Assembly: GCA_035285125.1 (NCBI GenBank)
Contig: JAYKHR010000016.1
Location: 1-53,418 of the forward strand
Direction: 5' to 3'
Origin: Candidatus Sericytochromatia bacterium
Lineage (GTDB): Bacteria > Cyanobacteriota > Sericytochromatia > S15B-MN24 > JAQBPE01
Length of the DNA stretch: 53,418 nucleotides
Of this stretch, positions 29,362 through 36,908 are shown piece by piece; position 1 is the first letter of the stretch, and each line of letters opens with the position of its first letter. The notes under the pieces were generated by a model that was not told the DNA's origin, ran no database searches, and saw only the letters and a list, made by a program, of their open reading frames with translations. A program made the translations under genes and the position numbers.

Positions 29362-30267
29362 ATGCCTCCTTCAGCCATTCACGAAATCCTCATCGAGCTC
29401 CTGCGACAGGCCCCCGAGCACGTGGCCGAGGCCGTGTGGCGGTTGCGGGGCCGTGCCGCGCCCGACGTGCCGCTGCACATCGCGCCGTCGGAGGCGACGG
29501 AGCCGTTGCCCGTCGAGCGGCGGGCGGACCTGGTGGTGCTCTTGGGCGATGCGAAAAAGCCGACGAGCCTCGTCGTGGTGGAGGTGCAGTTGAAGCGGGA
29601 TGAGGACAAGCACTACAAGTGGCCGGACTACGTCGTTGCGCTGCGGACCCGCTGGCGTTGCCCGGCAGACCTGCTGGTGGTGGCACCGAACCCACGGGTG
29701 GCAGTCTGGGCCGCACGGCCCATTGCCATCGACACGGGCACGAGCAGCCTGGCTCCCCTGGTGCTGGGCCCCGCCACGCTGCCACGCGCCGCCCCCGAGA
29801 CGCTCGCCGGGCGACCGCATGCGGCGGTGTTGCAGGCGCTGATGCACTGCCGGGGCCCTGGCGACATCCCCTTGTTCCGGCAGGCGATGCACATCCTGGA
29901 ACCGTTGCCGGTGCGGGAAAAGATTGGGTACCATGAGAACATGCGGGAGGCGCTTGCGCCCTCGTTTCTGGCGCTGGCGGAGGTGGCCATGAGCTTCGAG
30001 CAGACGACCTGGTATCAGAACCTGGTGGCAAAGTTGCAGGCCGAGGGCGAGGCCCGCGGCCGGGCCGAAGGCGCCGAGGAGGGCCGCAAGCGTGAGCTCA
30101 TTCGCGTCATCAGCCGCCTGCTCGGCCGCCGCGTGGGCCTGCCGGGGCCGGAGGCGCTGGCGCGGATGGAGGGGATGGCCATCGAGACGCTGGAAGACCT
30201 CGCGGAGGCGCTGCTGGATTTCAACGGGCCCGAGGACCTCGAGGGCTGGCTCTCGGCGCACGGATAG
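29362..30267 (+). CDS. Rpn-like PD-(D/E)xK nuclease with C-terminal DUF4351
   Basis: ERRADLVV...VVVEVQL core; EGEARGRAEG; RLLGRRVG...LEDLAEALLDF...DLEGWL tail. Confidence 0.8.
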   Translation: MPPSAIHEILIELLRQAPEHVAEAVWRLRGRAAPDVPLHIAPSEATEPLPVERRADLVVLLGDAKKPTSLVVVEVQLKRDEDKHYKWPDYVVALRTRWRCPADLLVVAPNPRVAVWAARPIAIDTGTSSLAPLVLGPATLPRAAPETLAGRPHAAVLQALMHCRGPGDIPLFRQAMHILEPLPVREKIGYHENMREALAPSFLALAEVAMSFEQTTWYQNLVAKLQAEGEARGRAEGAEEGRKRELIRVISRLLGRRVGLPGPEALARMEGMAIETLEDLAEALLDFNGPEDLEGWLSAHG

Positions 30268-30340
30268 CCAGGGTCAGGGCTGGCGATGCCGGCCGGGCTC
30301 GTCTGACCGTCGCGATGAGAGCCAGTCACCCTGGGCGGGG

Positions 30341-30530
30341 CTACTCCTCCAGGAGAGTGGCCACACGCGCTGTCAGGATTTCGACCCCGGCCACCAGAGG
30401 GCTTCACCTGGCCCTGGTGCGCCACGCCGTGCCAGTGCCCCCCATCCGCGAGTTCTCTGGCCTCGGTGAGCGTTTCACGGGCGCTTGCCACTCGATACGC
30501 CGCGACGAGCGCAACGTCGTGGCGTTCGAG
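30341..30530 (-). pseudogene. HEPN-domain gene remnant
   Basis: ALVAAYRVASARETLTEARELADGGHWHGVA joins almost directly to a shifted-frame C-terminus PLVAGVEILTARVATLLEE*; the catalytic middle is absent and no clear start codon is present. Confidence 0.55.
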
Positions 30531-30625
30531 GTGGCCGCGGGCTGAGGTGACCGCTCGCCCCCTGCGAGGGCCCGGCCGGCCCGGGGACGCTGGCGCGAAG
30601 GCCGCAGTGGCGGCCCCCGCGGCCC

Positions 30626-31465
30626 CTACCGCGCCGTGAGCCGCGCAAACCGCACGAGCAGCCTGTCGTAAGCCGGCTGCGGCAGCGGCAGCCGCGTCAG
30701 GGCGAGGCGCCAGGCCCCCGTCAGCCACGGGCTCGCGGGCCGGGGCAGCGCCGCGCGCGGCAAGTAACGCCCCACCAGCTGAGGCTCCCGGGCACGGGCC
30801 AGGCGCTCGTGCTTCGCGTAGAGCCGGTTCGCGTCCTCCAGCTCCTGCAGCGTCTCGAGCTCCACGTGCGTCAGCCACTCTCCTGGGAGCGTGTCGGGTG
30901 GCAGGCCGTGATCGGCAAGCTTCATGCCGAGGTGCACCTCCGCGAAGTGGCCGTAGTCCTCTGCGAGGCCGCCCACCGCCTCCCAGGCCGCGCGTGGCAG
31001 CAGGGTGCCCCGGATCCAGAAGCGGTGCCACGGGTTGAAGCGGTGCGCGTTCTCCGCGTTCCAGGCGAAGAGCGCGCCCTGCCCCCGCGCGAAGCGGCTG
31101 CGGGAGGCGAAGCTGCGGCTGCCGAGCGCCAGCACCCGCGGCCCCGTCTCGCAGCGGGCCAGGGCGGCCGCCAGCGTGCCCGGGTGCGCCAGCACGTGGC
31201 ACTCCGTGACGAGCAGCCAGTCGGCGTCGGCCTCGCGGGCGGCGGCGTTGAGCAAGGCGTTCAGCGAGGCGCCGGGCTGGATCAAGAGGCGATCGCCCGG
31301 GCGCGCCAGCTCTTCCCAGCCCCAGCGGGCCGGCGTGGCGGGGTCCTGACAGGCCACCACGAGCCGCCAGGGCACGGCGACACCCCGCTGCTGCAGCCAG
31401 CTGCGCAGGGCCGCCCGGCCGTAGCCGCGGTCCTCCACGTCCGAGAGGATCACGCAGGCCGTCAC
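30626..31465 (-). CDS. putative glycosyltransferase (GT2-like, divergent)
   Basis: GTG 31465 overlaps upstream TGA; LLNAAAREADADWLLVTECH, AWEAVGGLAEDYGHFAEVHLG. Confidence 0.65.
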   Translation of the reverse strand: MTACVILSDVEDRGYGRAALRSWLQQRGVAVPWRLVVACQDPATPARWGWEELARPGDRLLIQPGASLNALLNAAAREADADWLLVTECHVLAHPGTLAAALARCETGPRVLALGSRSFASRSRFARGQGALFAWNAENAHRFNPWHRFWIRGTLLPRAAWEAVGGLAEDYGHFAEVHLGMKLADHGLPPDTLPGEWLTHVELETLQELEDANRLYAKHERLARAREPQLVGRYLPRAALPRPASPWLTGAWRLALTRLPLPQPAYDRLLVRFARLTAR

Positions 31466-32667
31466 GCCGCCCCCCGCGCCGCGTCGATCGCCGCCAGCAG
31501 CCCCGCATCCGGGAAGTGGGCCTCCAGGAAGCCGGGGGCCACGGCCGGCGGAGCGTCTCGCCAAACCCGCAAGGTGGCCGCGGCAGCTGCCAGGTCCGGC
31601 TCGCTCCACGTGCAGCCCTCGGCGTGCGGGTAGGCCCCCCGCGGCACGGGCACCCGCGTGGCCGGCACGAGGCCGAGGCCCGGCCACGGGGCGAAGCCTT
31701 GCATCACGGGGCAGGCCGTGACGAGGGCCGGCACCCCCATCGCGAGGGCCTCCAGAGGCACCAGGCCCAGCCCCTCCGCCCGGTGGAGGTCGAGCACGAC
31801 GTCGCAGCTGCGAACCAGGCCAAGCAGCGCCTCGCGCGACAGCATCTCGGTCACGGCAACCAGCCTTCTCCCCAGGCGATCCCGCGCCTCGGCCACGAGC
31901 GGTGGCACGCCCCCCGACCAGGAGTCGTAGTGCCGCAGCACGAGGCAGACGCCGGGGTCGTCGCCAAAGGCCTGCATGAAGGCCTCGAGCGCCCCCCGCG
32001 GGTTCTTGCGCTGGCCCCATGACGCCACATCGGCGCTGACGAACACCGCAAACGCCTCCGCCGGGATGCCCCAGCGCGCCCGCGCGGGTTCCGGGAGCAC
32101 CTCCGGGAGCGCCAGGCCCCAGGCCACGTGCCGCACGCGGGAGCCTGCCTCGCGAAGGACGTCGGTCAGCGGGCGCGAGGCGCCCCACACCTCGTCATAG
32201 ACGGCCGCCCCGAGCCGGAAGGAGGGCGCCAGCCGATCCAGCTCCCAGAACCAGACGCCGACGTTGCGACGACCGACGAAGCCCGCCATCCCGAGGCGTG
32301 CCAGGGCCAACGGCAGCTCGGGCGGGTTGTAGAAGTGGAGGCTGACGTCGAACGGGGCGTCGTCTCGCTGGTGAGCAGCGAGGTCGGCCGGCAGCTCCCC
32401 GGGCTGGGGGTGGCGCAGGTCGATGATGGCGAAGGGCACCCCCGCCCGGCTCAGGGCGGCGGCCGCGGCGCGTAGAGGCTGGCTCAGGCCGAGACTCGCC
32501 CGCGCGAAGCCGATCAGGTTCACGCCCTGCGGCAGCGGCGCGCGCCCCACCCGCCGGCGTCCGGGTGGCCCAAGGCGCCGCACCAGCCGCCAGACAGCCA
32601 GCGAGGCACGGGCCCGCGCCAACCCCCGCCGCAGACGCCGCAGGGCCCCCACGAGCGAGCGGCTCAC
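31462..32667 (-). CDS. glycosyltransferase family 4 (GT-B)
   Basis: GVNLIGF, NVGVWFWEL, DEVWGAS, RKNP, DVVLDLHRAEGLGLVPLEALAMGVP. Confidence 0.85.
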   Translation of the reverse strand: MSRSLVGALRRLRRGLARARASLAVWRLVRRLGPPGRRRVGRAPLPQGVNLIGFARASLGLSQPLRAAAAALSRAGVPFAIIDLRHPQPGELPADLAAHQRDDAPFDVSLHFYNPPELPLALARLGMAGFVGRRNVGVWFWELDRLAPSFRLGAAVYDEVWGASRPLTDVLREAGSRVRHVAWGLALPEVLPEPARARWGIPAEAFAVFVSADVASWGQRKNPRGALEAFMQAFGDDPGVCLVLRHYDSWSGGVPPLVAEARDRLGRRLVAVTEMLSREALLGLVRSCDVVLDLHRAEGLGLVPLEALAMGVPALVTACPVMQGFAPWPGLGLVPATRVPVPRGAYPHAEGCTWSEPDLAAAAATLRVWRDAPPAVAPGFLEAHFPDAGLLAAIDAARGAA

Positions 32668-32701
32668 CTCGGTCCACCCCGGAGCAGCAGGCCGCCGATC
32701 C

Positions 32702-33643
32702 TCAACATGCGGCCTTGGACGCCCTCGGCGACAACAGAACCGCCACCAGGAAGGAGGCCCGCATCACCAGGCTGTCGGTCCAGGACTGCCGCCACACGCG
32801 CGCATCGACCGCCAGCCAGGCCATCGCGGGGGCGGTGCGTGCCGAGACGGCCACGGCGGTCACCAGCGCCCGTTGCGAGGGGGTGAGCCGCTCGGAGCAC
32901 CCCTCCAGCAGCCCGGCGGCCTGCTCGGCGAGACGCACGGCCCCCGGCCCCTCGCGCACCCAGCGACGCCACCGCCGACGCCACCGCTCTCGCCCTGAGG
33001 CGGCCGCCCCGATGGCGTTGCCGGCATGCTGGCGGTACAGCACCGACGGCGTCGGATCATAGTGCACCTCCCCGAAGGCGCTGGCGAGCAGGTAGGTCCA
33101 CCAGTCATGGCACAGCGCGCGGGTGGGCCGGCTGGCCAGCCAGAGGTCGCGCAGCGGGGCGTTGAAGACCTCCGTGCAGCCCGTGGCCACGTTTTCCACC
33201 AGCGCGTTGCCAAGGCCCGGCCGCGTCGGCGCGCGGCTGGTGCCCAACACCCGCATCTCAGCATCCACGAGCGTCACGCGGCTGCAGTAGAGGCGGGGCA
33301 CGTCGCGGGGCAGGTCCCGCCAGCGCAAGGCCACCCGCGCCAGCTTGTCCTCGCACCAGACGTCGTCCTGATCGCACCAGGCGTAGGCGTCCTCGCCGGC
33401 CGGCGCGGCCTCGACCAGCGCCGTGTAGCTGCCGACGATGCCGAGGTGGGGGCCCACGTGGTACCGGATGCGCGCATCCTGAGCCGCATACCGCGCCAGG
33501 ACAGCCACCGTGCCGTCGCTGGAGCCGTCATCGCGCACCAGCAGGCGCCAGTCAGGGTGGGTCTGCGCGATCAGGCTATCGAGCTGGTCAGCCAGGTAGC
33601 GCTCGCCGTTGTAAGTAGAAAGAAGGATCTGGACCCGAAACAT
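32702..33643 (-). CDS. glycosyltransferase family 2 (rhamnosyltransferase-like)
   Basis: ILLSTYNGERYLADQLDS, VRDDGSSD, CDQDDVW..DK, NVATGCT, HDWW, YRQH..N.IG. Confidence 0.92.
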   Translation of the reverse strand: MFRVQILLSTYNGERYLADQLDSLIAQTHPDWRLLVRDDGSSDGTVAVLARYAAQDARIRYHVGPHLGIVGSYTALVEAAPAGEDAYAWCDQDDVWCEDKLARVALRWRDLPRDVPRLYCSRVTLVDAEMRVLGTSRAPTRPGLGNALVENVATGCTEVFNAPLRDLWLASRPTRALCHDWWTYLLASAFGEVHYDPTPSVLYRQHAGNAIGAAASGRERWRRRWRRWVREGPGAVRLAEQAAGLLEGCSERLTPSQRALVTAVAVSARTAPAMAWLAVDARVWRQSWTDSLVMRASFLVAVLLSPRASKAAC

Positions 33644-33896
33644 GGCACCCCTGTGGCTGTCCGCCGGCTTTCAACCGTACCACACCCGGCGGGGCTCGGG
33701 CTCAAGCCCAGGCGGGGCGACTGCTGAGGGGTGGGCCTGTTATGTGACACCGCCCTCGTCCGGCAGCCTCCCGGATGAGCCATCGTCCCGCGTGGGCAGC
33801 CCTGCGGCGCTTTATCCGGACCGCACAGCGGCACAACATGCGCGCCGCAGGCCTCAATCGCCGCAAACCCGCATTCCATCGTGCACCCTCCCCCTT

Positions 33897-33924
33897 TGGC
33901 AAGATAAGACACATTATCTGCCAT
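33897..33924. other. dif/Xer-like 11-6-11 palindromic site
   Basis: TGGCAAGATAA-GACACA-TTATCTGCCAT, 44 bp beyond the stop of 33969..36863. Confidence 0.5.
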
Positions 33925-33968
33925 CCAGCCGAGGCGCTGGCCCTCCCGGCAATGCGGCTGGCCCGCCG

Positions 33969-36863
33969 TCACCGCGGGCCGAGGGCCGCCTGGGGCAGCA
34001 GCCTGATCATGTCGTTGCCCGTGTCCAGCACGTAAAGCCCCTGACCCGGGACGTGCAGCAGCCCCATCGGCGTGTGCAACGCGTCCCCGACCCGGGCGTC
34101 GGCCATCAAAGCCGTCCCCATCCCGGCCACGGGCTCGACCCTCGCCTCGCCGCCGCCCAGGCCCATCACCCGGCAGATGCGCGGCCCGCGGGGCGCCAGG
34201 CCATCCAGGGGGAGCTCGAAGCCCCCCCCGAGGAGCGTGGCCATCCGCCTGGGGCCGAGCTCCGCGTAGTAGAGCGCCCCCGCCGCGTCGAACGTCAGCG
34301 CCGTGCCCCCCGCGACGGGGGTCTCGAGGCCGGCCGTGGCACCTGCCGGAACGGGTTGCGTGAGCGCCGCCACCCAGGTCTCAGCGCCCACCACGGTGTC
34401 GATGGTGGGGGCGGCGCCCGCCAGGCCCGTGATCCGTCGGATGCGGAAGTTGCCCGCGTCCACCACGTAGAGGTCTCCCCGGGCGTCGAAGGCGAGCCCC
34501 GTCGGGGCTGACAGCAGCGCCTCACGGGCCGGGCCGCCGTCTCCTGAGAAGCCTGACTTACGCCACGCCCCGGCCACGACCTCGGCCTGGCCGTCCGCCC
34601 GCAGCCGGTACAGCCGCGCCGCGTCGTTGTCCGCCCAGTAGAGCCGGCCGTCTGGCGCCACCGCACAGGCCAACCCTCGCCGCAGCGGGACCTCCAGCGC
34701 GGGCGCCAGGGGCGCGACGTTGCCCTCGCGCTGCCCATTGCCAGCCACGGTGCTGATCACGCCGGCCGCATCGATTCGGCGGAGGCGGTGGTTGTCGAGC
34801 TCCACCAAGAAGATCTCGTCGCCGCGCGCGGCCACGCCCGTGGGAGCGTTCAGCCTGGCGTCCCGGGCCGGCCCCCCGTCTCCCCCGAAGCCCCGCACGC
34901 CGCCTGCCAGCACCGTCACCCGGCCTCCCTCGAGCCGCTTCAGCGTGGAGCTGCCGCCCTCGGTGAACAGCAGTCGGCCAGCGGCGTCGAGTGCCATGCC
35001 ACCGGGCGCGTTGAGCGCGATGGCCTGGGACGCTCCCACGTGCAGGTAGCCCGTGCGCCCGGCCACCGTGGCGATCGTGCCCGTGCCGTCCAGCGGTGGC
35101 AGGACCTTGCGCACGACGCCGTTGCCGGTGTCGGCGATCAGCAGCGCACCGGCCGCATCCAGCGCCAGGCCCGCCGGGGTGTTGAGGCGAGCGGCCGCGG
35201 CCGGGCCTCCATCCCCCTCGAACCCCGCCGTGCCCGTGCCGGCGATCGGGGTGATGGCCCCGTCGGGCGTCACGCGCACGACGGAGGCCCGGGTGTCCCG
35301 CGAGAGCAGCACGGCCCCGTCCTGGAGCGGCAGCAGCCTCGCGGAGGTCGAGATGGCCTCCCCCTCCAGCACCCGCCGCCAGGTCCCGTCCGGGTCCCGG
35401 CGCCACAGGGTGCCCGTCGGCAGACCATCCTCCGTGTAAGCCTGAGCCGCGTCCGAGAGCCACAGCGCGCCGTCCGGCGTGACGGCCAGGCCAGCCGGCA
35501 CCAGGGCTCCCCCCGTCGAGGGCGGCGGCACCTCCCGCACAACCCCGGCCGCATCGAGGACGAGCAGCCGGCTCGGCAGGGCGGCGTCCTTGGTGTGCTC
35601 GGCGATCCACAGCCGCCCCCCCGCGCCGATGGCCAGGGCCACGGGCCCCTTCAGGCCCGCCTCCGGGCCGGGCACATCCACCGCTCGGCTCCGCGGGTCG
35701 CCGTTGCCAACAACCACGCGCGCGCGCCCCTCCCGGAGGCCCCACACCCGGTTCGCCAGACGGTCCGCCACATACAGCGTGCCATCCGGCCCCAAGACCA
35801 GGGCCGCTGGCGCCTGAAGGTCCAGGTCGCCCACCGGGCCCTCCAGCTGGGGGGAGGTGGCGTTGCCACCGGCCCAGGCGACGATGCGCCCGTCTTCGCC
35901 GACGGCCCGGATACGACCGGCCGCCAGCTCGGCCACCAGCAGGCGTCCGGACGCGTCGGCAGCGACGGCGATCGGGGCCCCGAGGGCCACCTCGGTGGCA
36001 GCAAGGCCCTCGCCGCGCCCGGCTTGCCCGACCAGCAGCAACGAGCGAATCGCCTCGAGGCGCCGCGCGACGCCGGGGTCCTGCTGCCTGAGCTGTTCCG
36101 CAAGCTGCACCGCCTCGGCGGCGCGGTAGGTGGGCACGCGATCGCCCAGCAGGCCGCGCGCCCTCTCCATCTCTGCGCGGAGGGCGTAGGCCTCGGCGCT
36201 CGGCAGCCTGTCAGCCACCTCCTGACGCCCGGCGACGAAGCGATCGAGCACGAAGGCCGTCGCGAGCGACGAGGCCGTGTCGATCGCAAGCGTCGAGGCC
36301 CCCGCGGCGTCCCTCGCGAGCAGGGCCTGCAGGTTGGCCCCGTGGAAGGCCTGCACCCTGGCGACCACGGCCTCGACGGGCAACTCGCCCCGGAATAGAA
36401 AGGCGCCGCTGCGATCGGTCGTGACGGCGAGCGGGAGCTGGTCGCGCCCCACGAGCTGGCGCCCCGTGGCATCGTAGAACTGGACGCGCGCACCCGCCAG
36501 CGCCGCCTCCGCGCGCGGGGTAGCCATCAGGAACCTGGCCTTGCCGACCAGCGCCCCGCCCTGGTCGGAGATGAGGCTGCCGCCCTGGTCCGAGATGAGC
36601 TGGCCCGTCGTGGCGCTGATGACGCCGCCACCCTGGTCGGAGATCAGCTTGACCTTGCCGACGAGCTCCACCATGCGCAGCGGCCCCCCTAGCTCGCGCA
36701 GGCTGGTCTGGAGGGGCGTCGCCGGCCCCTTTCGCGGGGCTGCGCCCGGGGGCGCCACGGCAGGCCGGACGGCCTGACATCCCGCCCCCAGGGAGACGGC
36801 GAACCCGAGCCCCCAGCCCACGACCGCGCGCCACGGCCGGGCCCCGGGCTGCCAGCACCGCAC
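33969..36863 (-). CDS. large NHL-repeat lipoprotein (two propellers)
   Basis: Lipobox LGAGC; LISDQGGG repeats; repeated GF.GDGGPA..A.L..P.G.A.D..G motifs. Start uncertain (36863 or 36887). Confidence 0.85.
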   Translation of the reverse strand: MRCWQPGARPWRAVVGWGLGFAVSLGAGCQAVRPAVAPPGAAPRKGPATPLQTSLRELGGPLRMVELVGKVKLISDQGGGVISATTGQLISDQGGSLISDQGGALVGKARFLMATPRAEAALAGARVQFYDATGRQLVGRDQLPLAVTTDRSGAFLFRGELPVEAVVARVQAFHGANLQALLARDAAGASTLAIDTASSLATAFVLDRFVAGRQEVADRLPSAEAYALRAEMERARGLLGDRVPTYRAAEAVQLAEQLRQQDPGVARRLEAIRSLLLVGQAGRGEGLAATEVALGAPIAVAADASGRLLVAELAAGRIRAVGEDGRIVAWAGGNATSPQLEGPVGDLDLQAPAALVLGPDGTLYVADRLANRVWGLREGRARVVVGNGDPRSRAVDVPGPEAGLKGPVALAIGAGGRLWIAEHTKDAALPSRLLVLDAAGVVREVPPPSTGGALVPAGLAVTPDGALWLSDAAQAYTEDGLPTGTLWRRDPDGTWRRVLEGEAISTSARLLPLQDGAVLLSRDTRASVVRVTPDGAITPIAGTGTAGFEGDGGPAAAARLNTPAGLALDAAGALLIADTGNGVVRKVLPPLDGTGTIATVAGRTGYLHVGASQAIALNAPGGMALDAAGRLLFTEGGSSTLKRLEGGRVTVLAGGVRGFGGDGGPARDARLNAPTGVAARGDEIFLVELDNHRLRRIDAAGVISTVAGNGQREGNVAPLAPALEVPLRRGLACAVAPDGRLYWADNDAARLYRLRADGQAEVVAGAWRKSGFSGDGGPAREALLSAPTGLAFDARGDLYVVDAGNFRIRRITGLAGAAPTIDTVVGAETWVAALTQPVPAGATAGLETPVAGGTALTFDAAGALYYAELGPRRMATLLGGGFELPLDGLAPRGPRICRVMGLGGGEARVEPVAGMGTALMADARVGDALHTPMGLLHVPGQGLYVLDTGNDMIRLLPQAALGPR
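36552..36647 (-). repeat. 8-aa repeat LISDQGGG/VISATTGQ/LISDQGGS/LISDQGGA
   Basis: Read from translation; 24-bp DNA units. Confidence 0.85.
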
Positions 36864-36873
36864 CCTGCCGAAA

Positions 36874-36901
36874 AACCTATATAACACTGATTATCAACCC
36901 T
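36874..36901. other. dif/Xer-like 11-6-11 site
   Basis: AACCTATATAA-CACTGA-TTATCAACCCT in the 45-bp gap between the two NHL paralogs. Confidence 0.5.
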
Positions 36902-36908
36902 TACGACA

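Noticed and set aside
32664..32984. Alternative-frame ORF ending in a GTGA overlap, suggesting a GT2 frameshift
   Set aside because: The GT2 ORF is already full length (313 aa) with a typical ending; coincidence is plausible.
28230..36900. TTATC motifs as DnaA boxes or Fur boxes
   Set aside because: No TTATCCACA cluster, and the GATAA-N6-TTAT spacing fits neither Fur geometry (N3 or N9).
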